The notes under the pieces were generated by a model. The model saw only the letters and a program-made list of their open reading frames with translations. It was not told the origin of the DNA and ran no database searches. Below are positions 1 through 9,487 of a stretch of DNA of 54,851 nt, piece after piece. Location of the stretch: positions 1-54,851 of the forward strand of contig DASXXW010000097.1 in assembly GCA_036502865.1 (NCBI GenBank). Reading direction: 5' to 3'. Made by a program: the position numbers and the translations under genes. Within the stretch, counting starts at the first letter, position 1, and each line of letters begins with the position of its first letter. The DNA comes from Rhizomicrobium sp. (lineage in GTDB: Bacteria; Pseudomonadota; Alphaproteobacteria; Micropepsales; Micropepsaceae).

Positions 1-36
1 GCGGGGGAGGGGGACCGCGAAGCGGTGGAGGGGGCA
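1..36. repeat. Partial alphaproteobacterial REP-like palindromic intergenic repeat (cut by window edge)
   Basis: GCGGGGGAGGGGGACCGCGAAGCGGTGGAGGGGGC with an internal ACCGC-GAA-GCGGT hairpin; resembles G/C-run extragenic palindromes common in alphaproteobacteria. Confidence 0.55.
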
Positions 37-157
37 TGAACGCTTGGCTTCTTGTATCACTAATATGTTTGTTTCAGCGCACGGACGGTTTTCTTCGATA
101 CTTGCCGTGCCTTGATGCCCCCTGAGCCCCCTTGCCCGCTACGCAGTGGCGACGGAG

Positions 158-472
158 TCAGTTTTCTTTCTGCCTTGCCGCCAATGTGCGGAAATCGGTT
201 TCGTCCATCGCTTCCTGATCGGGATTGGGCACGCAGAACATCCGGAATGCCACGAGCGAGAAGGTGTCGCGGATTCCGGGCACGGCGTGCAGCTTGAAAT
301 TCACGAACTCGCCGAAGCTCTGGTCGTTGCCGAGATGGAATTTGGCCAGCAGGTCGTAGGCGCCCGTCACCGAGTAGATCTCGGCAGTCTCTTCGATCGT
401 ATCGATCAGCAATTCGGCGACCCGATAGGTCTGGCCCAGCTCGCATTTGATCTGCACGAAAAGCGGCTTCAT
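158..472 (-). CDS. Stand-alone Lrp/AsnC ligand-binding-domain protein
   Basis: MKPLFVQIKCELGQTYRVA...EIYSVTGAYDLLAKF...PGIRDT matches the AsnC C-terminal domain; no HTH; start trimmed from 508 to the ATG at 472. Confidence 0.8.
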   Translation of the reverse strand: MKPLFVQIKCELGQTYRVAELLIDTIEETAEIYSVTGAYDLLAKFHLGNDQSFGEFVNFKLHAVPGIRDTFSLVAFRMFCVPNPDQEAMDETDFRTLAARQKEN

Positions 473-593
473 GGTCGGTCTCCGGCCTCGGCGGACGCAC
501 GAAACCAATGCTGCGTCGCAGCGTCAAGCGCGGCTTTACCCGAATGGGCTTTGACACTTAGATAGCGCCGAACCGGGAGGAGCCCTGAGTCGC

Positions 594-2858
594 GTGAAAG
601 CTGTGTGCGTCGGCGGCGGGCCCGCCGGCCTCTATTTCGCGATCGCGCTCAAACGGCTCGACCCGCGCCACGATGTGCTCGTTGTGGAGCGCAATAAGCC
701 CGACGACACGTTCGGCTGGGGCGTGGTTTTCTCCGATCAGACGATGGATGTGCTGGGCGTCGCCGATCCCGAAAGCGCGGCCAGCATCACCGGCGCCTTT
801 GCCCATTGGGACGACATCGAGGTTCATTTCCGTGGAGAGCAGATCCGGTCGGGCGGCCATGGCTTTTGCGGTATCGGCCGCAAACGTCTGTTGAACATCC
901 TGCAGGATCGCTGCCGCGCGCTCGACGTGGAATTGCGGTTCGAATGCGAGGCCAGCGCGGCCGATTTCCCGGACGCCGACCTGATCGTGGCCAGCGACGG
1001 CATCAACAGTGCCATCCGTACCGCCCATGCCGAAACATTCCGGCCCAGCATTCAGCGGCGCGCGAACAAATTCATCTGGCTCGGGACGGACCAGACATTC
1101 GACGCTTTCACCTTCGCCTTTCTCGAAACCGAGCATGGCTGGATATGGGCGCATGCCTACCGCTTCGAGCCAGGTACATCCACCTTCATCGTCGAATGCA
1201 GCGAAGCGACCTGGCGCGGTCTTGGTTTCGAGAGTGCCAGCACCGAAGACGCGATTGCCATCTGCGAGGGTTTGTTTGCTCCGCAATTGAATGGCCACAG
1301 GCTGATGAGCAATGCGCGGCATTTGCGCGGCTCGGTCTGGTTGAATTTTCCCGTGTTGAATTGCGAGCAATGGCATTGCGGCAACATCGTACTGATCGGA
1401 GATGCGGCGCATTCGGCGCATTTTTCGGTGGGCTCGGGAACGAAGCTGGCGCTTGAAGACGCCATCGGGCTCGCCAATGCCGTTCATCACCACGGCATAT
1501 CGGCAAAAGCCTTCGACACATTCCAGGCCGGGCGCGGACTCGAAGTCATCAAGCTGCAGAACGCGGCACGCAATTCGACCGAATGGTTCGAGCATGTGCC
1601 GCGCTATGTCGGGCTCGAGCCGATCCAGTTCGCCTATTCGCTGCTGACGCGTAGCCAGAGGATCAGTCACGAGAATCTGCGCGTGCGCGACCGCGCCTGG
1701 CTGGAAGGCCTTGAAACATGGTTCGCACAGCGCGCAGGCGTCGAAGTCGATAGTCCGCGGCCGCCGATGTTTGCACCGTTGCAGTTGCGGGGCCTCACTC
1801 TCTCCAATCGCGTCGTGGTGTCGCCCATGTCGATGTACTCCGCGATCGACGGCGTGCCGGGCGATTTTCATCTCGTGCATTACGGCGCGCGCGCGCAGGG
1901 CGGTGCGGCGCTGATGGTCACCGAGATGACCGATATTGCCGCGGATGCGCGCATCACGCCGGGTTGCGCAGGAATTTACACCGACGAGCAGGAGCGCGCC
2001 TGGACGCGGATCGTCGATTTCGTGCATGCAAACACCGACACGCATATTGCCTTACAGCTTGGGCATGCCGGCCCCAAAGGATCCACCAAAGTACCATGGG
2101 AAGGCGAGGATGCGCCGCTCGATGAGGGCAATTGGCCGCTGATTGCGCCATCCGCAATTCCCTGGTCGCCCTTAAACCAGATACCGCGCGAAATGAATGA
2201 AACGGACATGCAGCGCGTGATCGAGGAATATCTCCGCGCTACAAAGCGTGCTATCGCCTGCGGTTTCGACATGCTCGAACTTCATGCCGCGCATGGATAT
2301 CTGCTCTCCGCGTTTCTTACGCCGGCCATGAACAAACGCACAGATCAGTATGGCGGCGCGATCGAGAACCGGTTGCGCTTTCCATTGGCGGTGTTTGAAG
2401 CAATTCGGCGTGTGTGGCCTGACGAGCGGCCGATATCCGTGCGTATCTCCGCCACCGATTGGCTTGGCGAGGCAGGTAATAATGAGGCCGAGGCGCTGAT
2501 CATCTCGCGCGCTTTCGCCGAAGCCGGCGCCGACGTGGTCGATGTCTCGGCTGGGCAAACTTCCACCGCGGCGCGGCCGGTTTATGGGCGCATGTTCCAG
2601 ACTCCGTTCTCCGATCTGATCCGCAACGAGGCCGGTATCGCAACCATGGCGGTGGGAAATATTTATGAGATCGATCATGTGAACAGCATTCTCGCAGCAG
2701 GGCGCGCCGATCTGTGCTGCCTCGCGCGTCCGCATCTGACGGATCCCTACTGGACGCTCCGCGCTGCCGCACAACAGGGCTATAGCGATGTTTCCTGGCC
2801 AAAACCCTATTGGTCCGGCCGCGATCAGCTGCAACGGAATCTGAGCCGTGGCCAATGA
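594..2858 (+). CDS. abmA: Bifunctional salicylyl-CoA 5-hydroxylase / anthraniloyl-CoA monooxygenase-reductase (AbmA-like)
   Basis: N-terminal FAD monooxygenase ([38 protein letters not shown]) fused to an OYE flavin oxidoreductase ([20 protein letters not shown]); 754 aa. Confidence 0.92.
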   Translation: MKAVCVGGGPAGLYFAIALKRLDPRHDVLVVERNKPDDTFGWGVVFSDQTMDVLGVADPESAASITGAFAHWDDIEVHFRGEQIRSGGHGFCGIGRKRLLNILQDRCRALDVELRFECEASAADFPDADLIVASDGINSAIRTAHAETFRPSIQRRANKFIWLGTDQTFDAFTFAFLETEHGWIWAHAYRFEPGTSTFIVECSEATWRGLGFESASTEDAIAICEGLFAPQLNGHRLMSNARHLRGSVWLNFPVLNCEQWHCGNIVLIGDAAHSAHFSVGSGTKLALEDAIGLANAVHHHGISAKAFDTFQAGRGLEVIKLQNAARNSTEWFEHVPRYVGLEPIQFAYSLLTRSQRISHENLRVRDRAWLEGLETWFAQRAGVEVDSPRPPMFAPLQLRGLTLSNRVVVSPMSMYSAIDGVPGDFHLVHYGARAQGGAALMVTEMTDIAADARITPGCAGIYTDEQERAWTRIVDFVHANTDTHIALQLGHAGPKGSTKVPWEGEDAPLDEGNWPLIAPSAIPWSPLNQIPREMNETDMQRVIEEYLRATKRAIACGFDMLELHAAHGYLLSAFLTPAMNKRTDQYGGAIENRLRFPLAVFEAIRRVWPDERPISVRISATDWLGEAGNNEAEALIISRAFAEAGADVVDVSAGQTSTAARPVYGRMFQTPFSDLIRNEAGIATMAVGNIYEIDHVNSILAAGRADLCCLARPHLTDPYWTLRAAAQQGYSDVSWPKPYWSGRDQLQRNLSRGQ

Positions 2859-3618
2859 TCTGCTACTAAGCGGCCGTCATGCGGTCGTGACCGGCGCGTC
2901 GCGCGGCATTGGTGCTGCGATCGCGGCGCGCCTCGCGCAACTGGGCGCACAAACAACATTGATGGGCCGCGACCGCGAAGCGCTCGAACGCGAAGCGGCA
3001 CGGAGTGCCGGCGCACACGCAATCCCATGTGACGTAACGGATGCAGCCCAGGTCGAGCAGGCATTCGGCGAAGCACGTAAGCGTGCGCCGATTGCCATTC
3101 TCGTCAACAATGCCGGCGTGGCCGAAAGCGCGCCGGTCCTTAAAACGTCCGATGCGATGCTCCAACGGCTGATGGACGTCAATGTTACATCGGCGTTTCG
3201 TTGTACGCGCGCCGCCCTGCCGTCGATGGTCGAGCTCGGCTGGGGCCGCATCGTCAATATTTCAAGCATCGCCGGCCTCACGGGCGCGGCCTATATCACC
3301 GCTTATTGCGCGACCAAACATGCGTTGGTGGGCTTCACCCGCGCCCTTGCAGCGGAGCTCGCGCAGAAACACATCACCGTGAACGCCGTCTGTCCCGGCT
3401 ATGTGGATACGGATCTGGTGCGCAATGCCGTCAAGGCCATCGTCGCGAAAACAGGTCATGACGAAGACAAGGTCGTGGGAGAGATGATTCGCCATAACCC
3501 CCAGGGCCGCCTGATCAGACCGGAAGAAGTCGCCGACACAGTTGCGTGGCTATGCGGCGCGGATGCAGGATCGATCAATGGGCAGGCGATCGCCATATCG
3601 GGCGGCGAAGTGATTTGA
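2848..3618 (+). CDS. SDR family NAD(P)-dependent oxidoreductase
   Basis: [24 protein letters not shown] motifs; overlaps the abmA end. Confidence 0.92.
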   Translation: MANDLLLSGRHAVVTGASRGIGAAIAARLAQLGAQTTLMGRDREALEREAARSAGAHAIPCDVTDAAQVEQAFGEARKRAPIAILVNNAGVAESAPVLKTSDAMLQRLMDVNVTSAFRCTRAALPSMVELGWGRIVNISSIAGLTGAAYITAYCATKHALVGFTRALAAELAQKHITVNAVCPGYVDTDLVRNAVKAIVAKTGHDEDKVVGEMIRHNPQGRLIRPEEVADTVAWLCGADAGSINGQAIAISGGEVI

Positions 3619-3628
3619 AGGGGCAGGC

Positions 3629-4438
3629 ATGATCGACGCGTCGTACACCCCGAAACATTTCCGCTGGTCGCTGCAGGATCGGGTGGGATCGGTCACGCTG
3701 TCGCGTCCGGAACGCAAGAATCCGCTGACTTTCGAGTCCTATGCCGAATTGCGCGACATGTTCCGCGCGCTGGTTTATTCGCCGGCCGTGAAAGCAATTG
3801 TCATCAGCGGCGCGGAAGGAAATTTCTGCTCCGGCGGCGATGTGCATGACATTATCGGCCCGCTTACAAAAATGGATGTAACGGGTCTTCTCGCATTCAC
3901 GACGATGACGGGCGATCTCGTGAAGGCCATGCGCGCCTGTCCGCAGCCGATTGTTGCGGCGGTGGACGGCATTTGCGCCGGCGCCGGCGCGATCCTCGCC
4001 ATGGCCTCGGATATCCGCTTCGCCACGCCACGGGCGAAGACGGCGTTTCTGTTTGTCCGTGTTGGTCTGGCGGGCTGCGATATGGGCGCCTGCTCCATCC
4101 TGCCGCGATTGATAGGGCAGGGCCGCGCATCCGAATTGCTGTATAGCGGCCGCTCCATGTCTGCGGAGGAAGGTGAGCGCTGGGGTTTTTATAATCGCCT
4201 CGTCCCCGAAACGGAGCTGTTGACGGAGGCGCTGCGCATGGCCGGCGATCTTGCGAAAGGCCCCACTTTTGCGCATGCCATGACCAAGAAGATGTTGCAT
4301 CGCGAATGGGATATGAGCATCGAGGATGCGCTCGATGCGGAAGCGCAGGCCCAGGCTCTTTGTATGCAGAGCGAAGATTTCCGGCGCGCCTACCGCGCCT
4401 TTGTCGAAAAGAAACAACCGGTGTTCGAGGGTAATTGA
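3629..4438 (+). CDS. Enoyl-CoA hydratase/isomerase family protein
   Basis: [31 protein letters not shown]; abm-cluster crotonase type. Confidence 0.92.
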   Translation: MIDASYTPKHFRWSLQDRVGSVTLSRPERKNPLTFESYAELRDMFRALVYSPAVKAIVISGAEGNFCSGGDVHDIIGPLTKMDVTGLLAFTTMTGDLVKAMRACPQPIVAAVDGICAGAGAILAMASDIRFATPRAKTAFLFVRVGLAGCDMGACSILPRLIGQGRASELLYSGRSMSAEEGERWGFYNRLVPETELLTEALRMAGDLAKGPTFAHAMTKKMLHREWDMSIEDALDAEAQAQALCMQSEDFRRAYRAFVEKKQPVFEGN

Positions 4439-6069
4439 TTGAAATGAACACCGCTCATCTCGACCGCTTTGTCATCGACCGGCTGCCGCCGCCGTCATTG
4501 CTGCCGGAATTTCTTTTCGACCGGCCGGAATTTCACTATCCGGAACGGATCAATGCCGGCGTGGAGCTGATAGACCGCGCCATCGCGGCGGGATGGGGTT
4601 CGCGCACGGCGATCATCTTTCCGGGCGGCCGATGGAATTACGACGAGCTGGCCCGGGCTTCCAATCGCGCCGCCGCAGTGCTGGTGGAGGATTATGCGCT
4701 GCGGCCCGGCGCGCGCGTGCTTCTGCGCGGGCAGAACGGCCCGATGCTTTGCGCTTTATGGCTCGCAATATTGAAGATCGGCGCAATCGCCGTCGTCACC
4801 ATGCCGCTGCTGCGTTCGCGCGAACTCGCATTCACGCTCGAAAAAGCTTCGGTCGATCTTTCGTTGTGCGAAGAACAATTGCTGGATGAGTTGGTGGCCG
4901 CCGTAGAGGAAAAGGGCGGCGGGATCGCAACCTATTCGCGCGACGGCCGCTCGGCGGGCGCCGATATCGAGCGGCTCATGAAACAGAAGCCGGATCGGTT
5001 CACGGCTGTCGAAACCTGGGCCACGGATCCCGCGCTTCTGGCTTTCACTTCGGGCACCACGGGCAAATCGAAAGCGACGGTGCATTACCACCGCGATGTG
5101 CTTGCCATCGCCGATGCGTTTCCGCGCTCGATACTTGGAACGCGTCCCGACGATCTGTTCCTGTGCAGCGCGCCCATGGCTTTCACCTTTGGTCTTGGTG
5201 GTCATCTCGTTTTCCCGCTGAGGTATGGTGCGGCCTCGGTGCTGTTGCCCGCCTGCACGCCGGATCAATTGCTTGACGCGATAACAGAATATCGCCCCAC
5301 CGTGCTGATGACGGCGCCTACCGCCTACCGCGCAATGACAGGCCGCGCATCGGGACGAGATCTTTCCCATGTCCGGCACTGCGTTTCCGCCGGCGAGCAT
5401 TTGCCCGCTTCCACGCTTGGCAATTGGGAGGCGGCGACGGGCCATGGAATTATCAACGGTCTCGGCTCGACTGAATTGTTGCATATATTCCTTTCGAGCC
5501 CTGCCGCCGAAGCAAGGCCCGGTGCTACAGGCAAAGTTGTTCCGGGATATGTGGCTGCGGTGCTCGACGAGGATGGCAATCCCGTCCGGCTGGGCGAGAT
5601 CGGGCGATTGGCCGTGAAAGGTCCGACCGGGTGTCGTTATCTCGACGACCCGCGTCAGGAAAATTATGTGCGCAAGGGCTGGAACATCACTGGCGACGCA
5701 TGCCTGATGGACGAGGATGGTTGTTTCTGGTTCCACAGCCGCACCGACGACATGATTGTTTCGGCGGGTTACAACATTTCCGGCTTCGAAGTCGAAGAGG
5801 CCTTGCTGCGCCATCCTGCGATCCAGGAATGCGTCGTGATCGGCGCGGCGGATGATGTGCGCGGGCAGATCGTGAAGGCATTTGTCGTACTGAAGCCGGA
5901 TCACGCGCCATCGCCGGATCTGGTGCGCGAGATTCAGGATTTCGTCAAAGGCGATATCGCGCCGTTCAAATATCCGCGCGCCATCGAATATCTGGATGCG
6001 TTGCCGCGCAATCCTTCGGGCAAGATCCAGCGTTATCTGTTGCGCGAACGCGACGCGGCGCTCCGATGA
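4435..6069 (+). CDS. 2-aminobenzoate/benzoate-CoA ligase family AMP-binding protein (AbmG-like)
   Basis: [32 protein letters not shown]; start may be 4444. Confidence 0.9.
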   Translation: MIEMNTAHLDRFVIDRLPPPSLLPEFLFDRPEFHYPERINAGVELIDRAIAAGWGSRTAIIFPGGRWNYDELARASNRAAAVLVEDYALRPGARVLLRGQNGPMLCALWLAILKIGAIAVVTMPLLRSRELAFTLEKASVDLSLCEEQLLDELVAAVEEKGGGIATYSRDGRSAGADIERLMKQKPDRFTAVETWATDPALLAFTSGTTGKSKATVHYHRDVLAIADAFPRSILGTRPDDLFLCSAPMAFTFGLGGHLVFPLRYGAASVLLPACTPDQLLDAITEYRPTVLMTAPTAYRAMTGRASGRDLSHVRHCVSAGEHLPASTLGNWEAATGHGIINGLGSTELLHIFLSSPAAEARPGATGKVVPGYVAAVLDEDGNPVRLGEIGRLAVKGPTGCRYLDDPRQENYVRKGWNITGDACLMDEDGCFWFHSRTDDMIVSAGYNISGFEVEEALLRHPAIQECVVIGAADDVRGQIVKAFVVLKPDHAPSPDLVREIQDFVKGDIAPFKYPRAIEYLDALPRNPSGKIQRYLLRERDAALR

Positions 6070-6446
6070 AATTCGTCAACCCTGCCCATTGGCCGCGGCC
6101 GAGCGGCTATTCCAACGGTGTGATCGAAAGCGGATTCCTGTTTGTTTCCGGCCAGGTGGGATGGGATGAAACAGGCGCGTTTTCATCCGATCTCGTCGCG
6201 CAGATCCGCCAGACATTGCAGAATATCTGCTCCGTGATCGAAGCCGCCGGCGGCGCGCCGCAACAGATCGTGCGGCTGACCTGGTACGTAACCGATCGCC
6301 AGGCCTACAAGGCGCGGCTTGCCGAAATCGGCGCGGCCTATCGCGAGATCATCGGCCGGCATTTCCCCGCCATGGCCGTCGTCGAAGTCAGCGGTCTCAT
6401 TGAAGACGCAGCTCTGGTCGAAATCGAAGCCACAGTGGCAATGTAG
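6066..6446 (+). CDS. RidA/YjgF family protein
   Basis: PSGYSNG, SGQVGW, GRHFPAM, LVEIEA; ATGA overlap with the ligase. Confidence 0.92.
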   Translation: MKFVNPAHWPRPSGYSNGVIESGFLFVSGQVGWDETGAFSSDLVAQIRQTLQNICSVIEAAGGAPQQIVRLTWYVTDRQAYKARLAEIGAAYREIIGRHFPAMAVVEVSGLIEDAALVEIEATVAM

Positions 6447-6575
6447 ATCGCACGCTGGTTTGCTCATCTTCCCATAAGTCAGCACGCCGAAGTCTCCTCC
6501 AGCCCACAATTTGCATTGCTCCCCGCCCCCTTTTGGCTCGCTTGAGACCGTTTTGGTTCTATAGGACCAATTTGG

Positions 6576-6605
6576 TTGACATGGCGTTTTGTTCCCTATA
6601 GGTTC
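6576..6605 (+). promoter_or_regulatory. Sigma70-type promoter overlapped by an alphaproteobacterial LexA (SOS) box
   Basis: TTGACA (6576-6581), 17-nt spacer, TAGGTT (6599-6604); GTTC-CCTATAG-GTTC (6591-6605) fits GTTC-N7-GTTC; RBS GAGAGG at 6627-6632. Confidence 0.72.
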
Positions 6606-6636
6606 TTGAACATTGATAAGAACGTTGAGAGGCTGA

Positions 6637-7683
6637 ATGAGCCAATTGTTCAAGCTGGATCAGAACCCGGAAGGGCCTGGATTGCGCTGCGATAGCAACG
6701 GATTGTTCCTGGGCAAAGATGCGCTTCTGCGCCGGCCTCCGGACGGAAGTTTTGAGGCGCTCTCAGACCCAGAGCTTCAAGCGATTTTCGCCGGGATGTG
6801 CGGCGATGAAGGTGGTTGGGCGAGTCGTATCCGCAGCGTCAAGCTCGTCGCTGACGCCTTGAACAAGGGCGAGGTTGCGCGCGCTATGATAGCGGCCGTG
6901 CTCATGCGCCTGCCCGAGCCCGGCAACTCGATCTACGTCGACGACGACAATGAACTGCTCGCGAAGGCCGGCTTTAATCCCGATGAATCGCGTAACGAGC
7001 GGGGACAATGGACGAACGGTGCGGAAGGCAATGCAGACAATCAGTCAGATGACGTTCGGCTCGCCTACGCGGGCCTAAGCGATGTCTCCACCGATCCTGC
7101 GGCGCAAGCCGTGGCGAGAGCTGCCGAATCCCATCAAATAACCGACGCTTATCGCGCTGCCCGAGAGCCGACGACGGCTGATATGGCAAGTTTTCGCCCC
7201 GCGCATTACAAGGAGGCCCAACAGCTTGCGGCCAAATTGGGGCACGGAGCGACGGCGCAGGAATTTCTTGCGTTGAGCAGTGTCGAATCCAAGTGGGGCA
7301 TAAGTTTCGCGGCCCTAATCGCCGCAAATTTCTTTGGCGCCCACAACAGTCCGAACGGACCATTTCCCGGTCAAATCGGTACGTATGTTTCGTCCGGAAT
7401 CAAAGATGTCCCCGGCCATCTGGAAAACTCCTGGCTGCCCCCCAACAACCCGAAGAATCCTGTTCAGAACCTTGCACAGTTTTCGCAGGGAAACGGTCGT
7501 GGTGGCCACGCTGCTGAGGCCAGAGGTTCTTCAAGCATACGGTGGCAATTATTCCGATCCGGCGGTGTTTTTTGCCGCAGTTCACAACAATGGGTGGGCG
7601 GAGGGCGTCCAAGGCGACTATGTTCATACGATGCTTCAAAGAATCAGACACTTCAGAACGGAAAGGGAAAGATAGTTCGATGA
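6637..7683 (+). CDS. Putative polymorphic toxin with a C-terminal GH73/glucosaminidase-like muramidase domain; probably frameshifted near 7490-7500
   Basis: N-terminal region ending KAGFNPDESRNERGQWT; LALSSVESKWG...AANFFGAH resembles the GH73 ExxWG/NxFG core; the +1 frame after ~7495 reads DPAVFFAAVHNNGWAEGVQGDYVHTMLQRI to TAG at 7675. Confidence 0.55.
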   Translation: MSQLFKLDQNPEGPGLRCDSNGLFLGKDALLRRPPDGSFEALSDPELQAIFAGMCGDEGGWASRIRSVKLVADALNKGEVARAMIAAVLMRLPEPGNSIYVDDDNELLAKAGFNPDESRNERGQWTNGAEGNADNQSDDVRLAYAGLSDVSTDPAAQAVARAAESHQITDAYRAAREPTTADMASFRPAHYKEAQQLAAKLGHGATAQEFLALSSVESKWGISFAALIAANFFGAHNSPNGPFPGQIGTYVSSGIKDVPGHLENSWLPPNNPKNPVQNLAQFSQGNGRGGHAAEARGSSSIRWQLFRSGGVFCRSSQQWVGGGRPRRLCSYDASKNQTLQNGKGKIVR

Positions 7684-8141
7684 GAAGGATTCGGATGTTG
7701 CTGTTAAGTTTTGCAGCGTCATTTGCTGTTATGAGCGGAATTGGGGGTGCCATGTCTGCACCCCCACGATCGGGCGAGATCACCTTGGACGACGCTGTGT
7801 CGCTTGTGAACCTCGTCGCTCGACACCGGATCGCGCGCGTGAAGCATCGCGGTGTTATTTCGATCGAAGGAGTTGGTCCCAATGCGGAGCCCGGATTTTA
7901 TTCGTTTCAAGCCCGCGGGTGGTCGCCCGGGCCGGGAAGCGCGCTCATCGGAAATTTCTCCGTTGACAGGCATACAGCAGCGGTGTGGAGCGAGGACTCA
8001 TGTGAAGTTATAATGTTCACTTCGCTCAGAGAACTGCAAAACAAGATTTTGCGACGGGCCGGAATCGATTCTGCCATGCGCGCTCATAACCGGCTGCCCG
8101 GCCTCTGTGACTTTAGCAAGTTCCCTGAAGGGTTGCGTTGA
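7680..8141 (+). CDS. Exported hypothetical protein, candidate cognate immunity protein
   Basis: ATG at 7680; signal-peptide-like MRRIRMLLLSFAASFAVMSGIGGAMSA; 153 aa, two Cys in the mature part; directly follows the toxin-like gene. Confidence 0.55.
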   Translation: MRRIRMLLLSFAASFAVMSGIGGAMSAPPRSGEITLDDAVSLVNLVARHRIARVKHRGVISIEGVGPNAEPGFYSFQARGWSPGPGSALIGNFSVDRHTAAVWSEDSCEVIMFTSLRELQNKILRRAGIDSAMRAHNRLPGLCDFSKFPEGLR

Positions 8142-8221
8142 AATACCTGGATTCTCAGGACAAGACTTGCGGTTTGGGAGGCTGAGACCCGGATCGGGCG
8201 AAGTTGACATTTTGCTCTGAT

Positions 8222-9082
8222 CTATTTCGCCAGCCGCTTGATCCATTCCGGCAGTGCAAACGAAGCGGCGTGGATGTCGGGATTGTAGTAATCCGTCTTG
8301 AGTTTCGCGCGCGTAAACGCCGCGCGGGCATGTTTGATGCCGGCAGGCGTGCCGAGGCGCTTTCCTTTGCCGGCCCATGACAGCGCCATGTACCCGCCAA
8401 TATATGTCGGTACTACCGTCAGATAGAGCCCGCATTGCGGGAAGAACTCCCGCAGCTCCGCAAGCGCGTCGCTGATCTCTTCCGGTTGGTAGAAAGGTAC
8501 GCCTGTCTGAAAGGTGGCGAAGCCGCCCGGCGCAAGCGCCGCTTTCACGCGGTCGTAGAACGTCTCTCCAAACAAAGCCTTGCCGGGCCCGACCGGATCC
8601 GGCCGGTCGGCGACAATCAGGTCGAAGCGGTTTTTGGACTCCGTCCGGCCCAGATATTCGAACGCATCGGCAATCTCGATCTTCAGCCGTTTGTCGGCGA
8701 AGGCCTTCGCATTCATTTCCGGGAAATAGTCGCGGCAGAGTTCGACGACGCGGCCGTCGATATCGACCAGCACGACTTCCTTAACGCCTTTATGCTTCAA
8801 GGCTTCGTCGGCGATGGAAAGATCGCCGCCGCCGACGATCATCACGCGTTTGACCGCGCCGTGCTCCAGCAAAGGCAGATGTGTCAGCATTTCGGCATAG
8901 GCCGACTCGTCGCGCGTCGTCAGCTGCACGATGTCGTCTAATACGAGCACGCGCCCATTGGCGACGCTGTCGAAGATGCGGATGCGCTGATATTTGCTCT
9001 TCTCTTCGGCCAGCGCCGCGCCCGCGAGCTCCATCATCTGCGCGTAGCCTTTGTGAAGTTTCTCTTTGAAAGAGGCCGCCAT
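8222..9082 (-). CDS. speE: Polyamine aminopropyltransferase (spermidine synthase)
   Basis: KSKYQRI, YAEMLTH, VMIVGGGD, DRPDPVGPG, VPTYIGG. Confidence 0.95.
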   Translation of the reverse strand: MAASFKEKLHKGYAQMMELAGAALAEEKSKYQRIRIFDSVANGRVLVLDDIVQLTTRDESAYAEMLTHLPLLEHGAVKRVMIVGGGDLSIADEALKHKGVKEVVLVDIDGRVVELCRDYFPEMNAKAFADKRLKIEIADAFEYLGRTESKNRFDLIVADRPDPVGPGKALFGETFYDRVKAALAPGGFATFQTGVPFYQPEEISDALAELREFFPQCGLYLTVVPTYIGGYMALSWAGKGKRLGTPAGIKHARAAFTRAKLKTDYYNPDIHAASFALPEWIKRLAK

Positions 9083-9320
9083 GTCTCACCCGCACGAAAA
9101 AGCGCGCCGATATAAGGCGGCTCGCGCGTGCTGTCTATCAAGACTTCGCTAACTCTCCACGCCTCACGCCCGATTTTGGGCGGGCGATCCAAATTTCGTG
9201 TGAGAGAGACCGGATTCCTCGGAGCGGCCGGGAAATGACAAATGCTTTGTGAGAATTGTGACAGCCGCGCAGGCAATTTGGTGAACTACAGAAAAAATTC
9301 AGCCTCGGGCCTAAAAATTC

Positions 9321-9348
9321 TTGCATGGGGGGGAGGGGGGCCTATATT
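9321..9348 (+). promoter_or_regulatory. Putative sigma70 promoter for the speD leader with a G7-A-G6 spacer tract
   Basis: TTGCAT (9321-9326), 16-nt spacer GGGGGGGAGGGGGGCC, TATATT (9343-9348) immediately before the first leader hairpin. Confidence 0.5.
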
Positions 9349-9354
9349 CGCCCT

Positions 9355-9487
9355 GTTCCGGCAACGGAACCGAGCGGCGTGGCGGAAGTTTCCCATCCGC
9401 CCGCCGCTTTCGTCTTAGCGGTGCCAGGATCCGCGAGGTGAGAGGCACTACAGGTGTCAACGCTCTGAGAGGGTAGGTGCCAGGATG
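9355..9487 (+). ncRNA. Structured 5' leader of speD (candidate cis-regulatory RNA)
   Basis: GTTCCG-GCAA-CGGAAC GNRA hairpin; long GC hairpin 9372-9409; GGTGCC/GGCACT stem; 11-nt direct repeat GGTGCCAGGAT at 9420 and 9476. Confidence 0.5.

Noticed and set aside
558-2045. 495-aa minus-strand ORF and similar long antisense ORFs (e.g. 14962..16443, 16486..17688, 23949..25193, 47988..49067)
   Set aside because: Shadow frames of well-supported genes in GC-rich DNA; no recognisable motifs
6608-6623. Second canonical LexA box GAAC...GAAC
   Set aside because: Spacing is 8 nt rather than 7; kept only as possible accessory half-sites
7488-7494. G-GGA-AAC slippery heptamer as a programmed frameshift restoring the toxin
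   Set aside because: It is phased for -1 slippage, but the -1 frame stops at 7517; the plausible continuation needs +1
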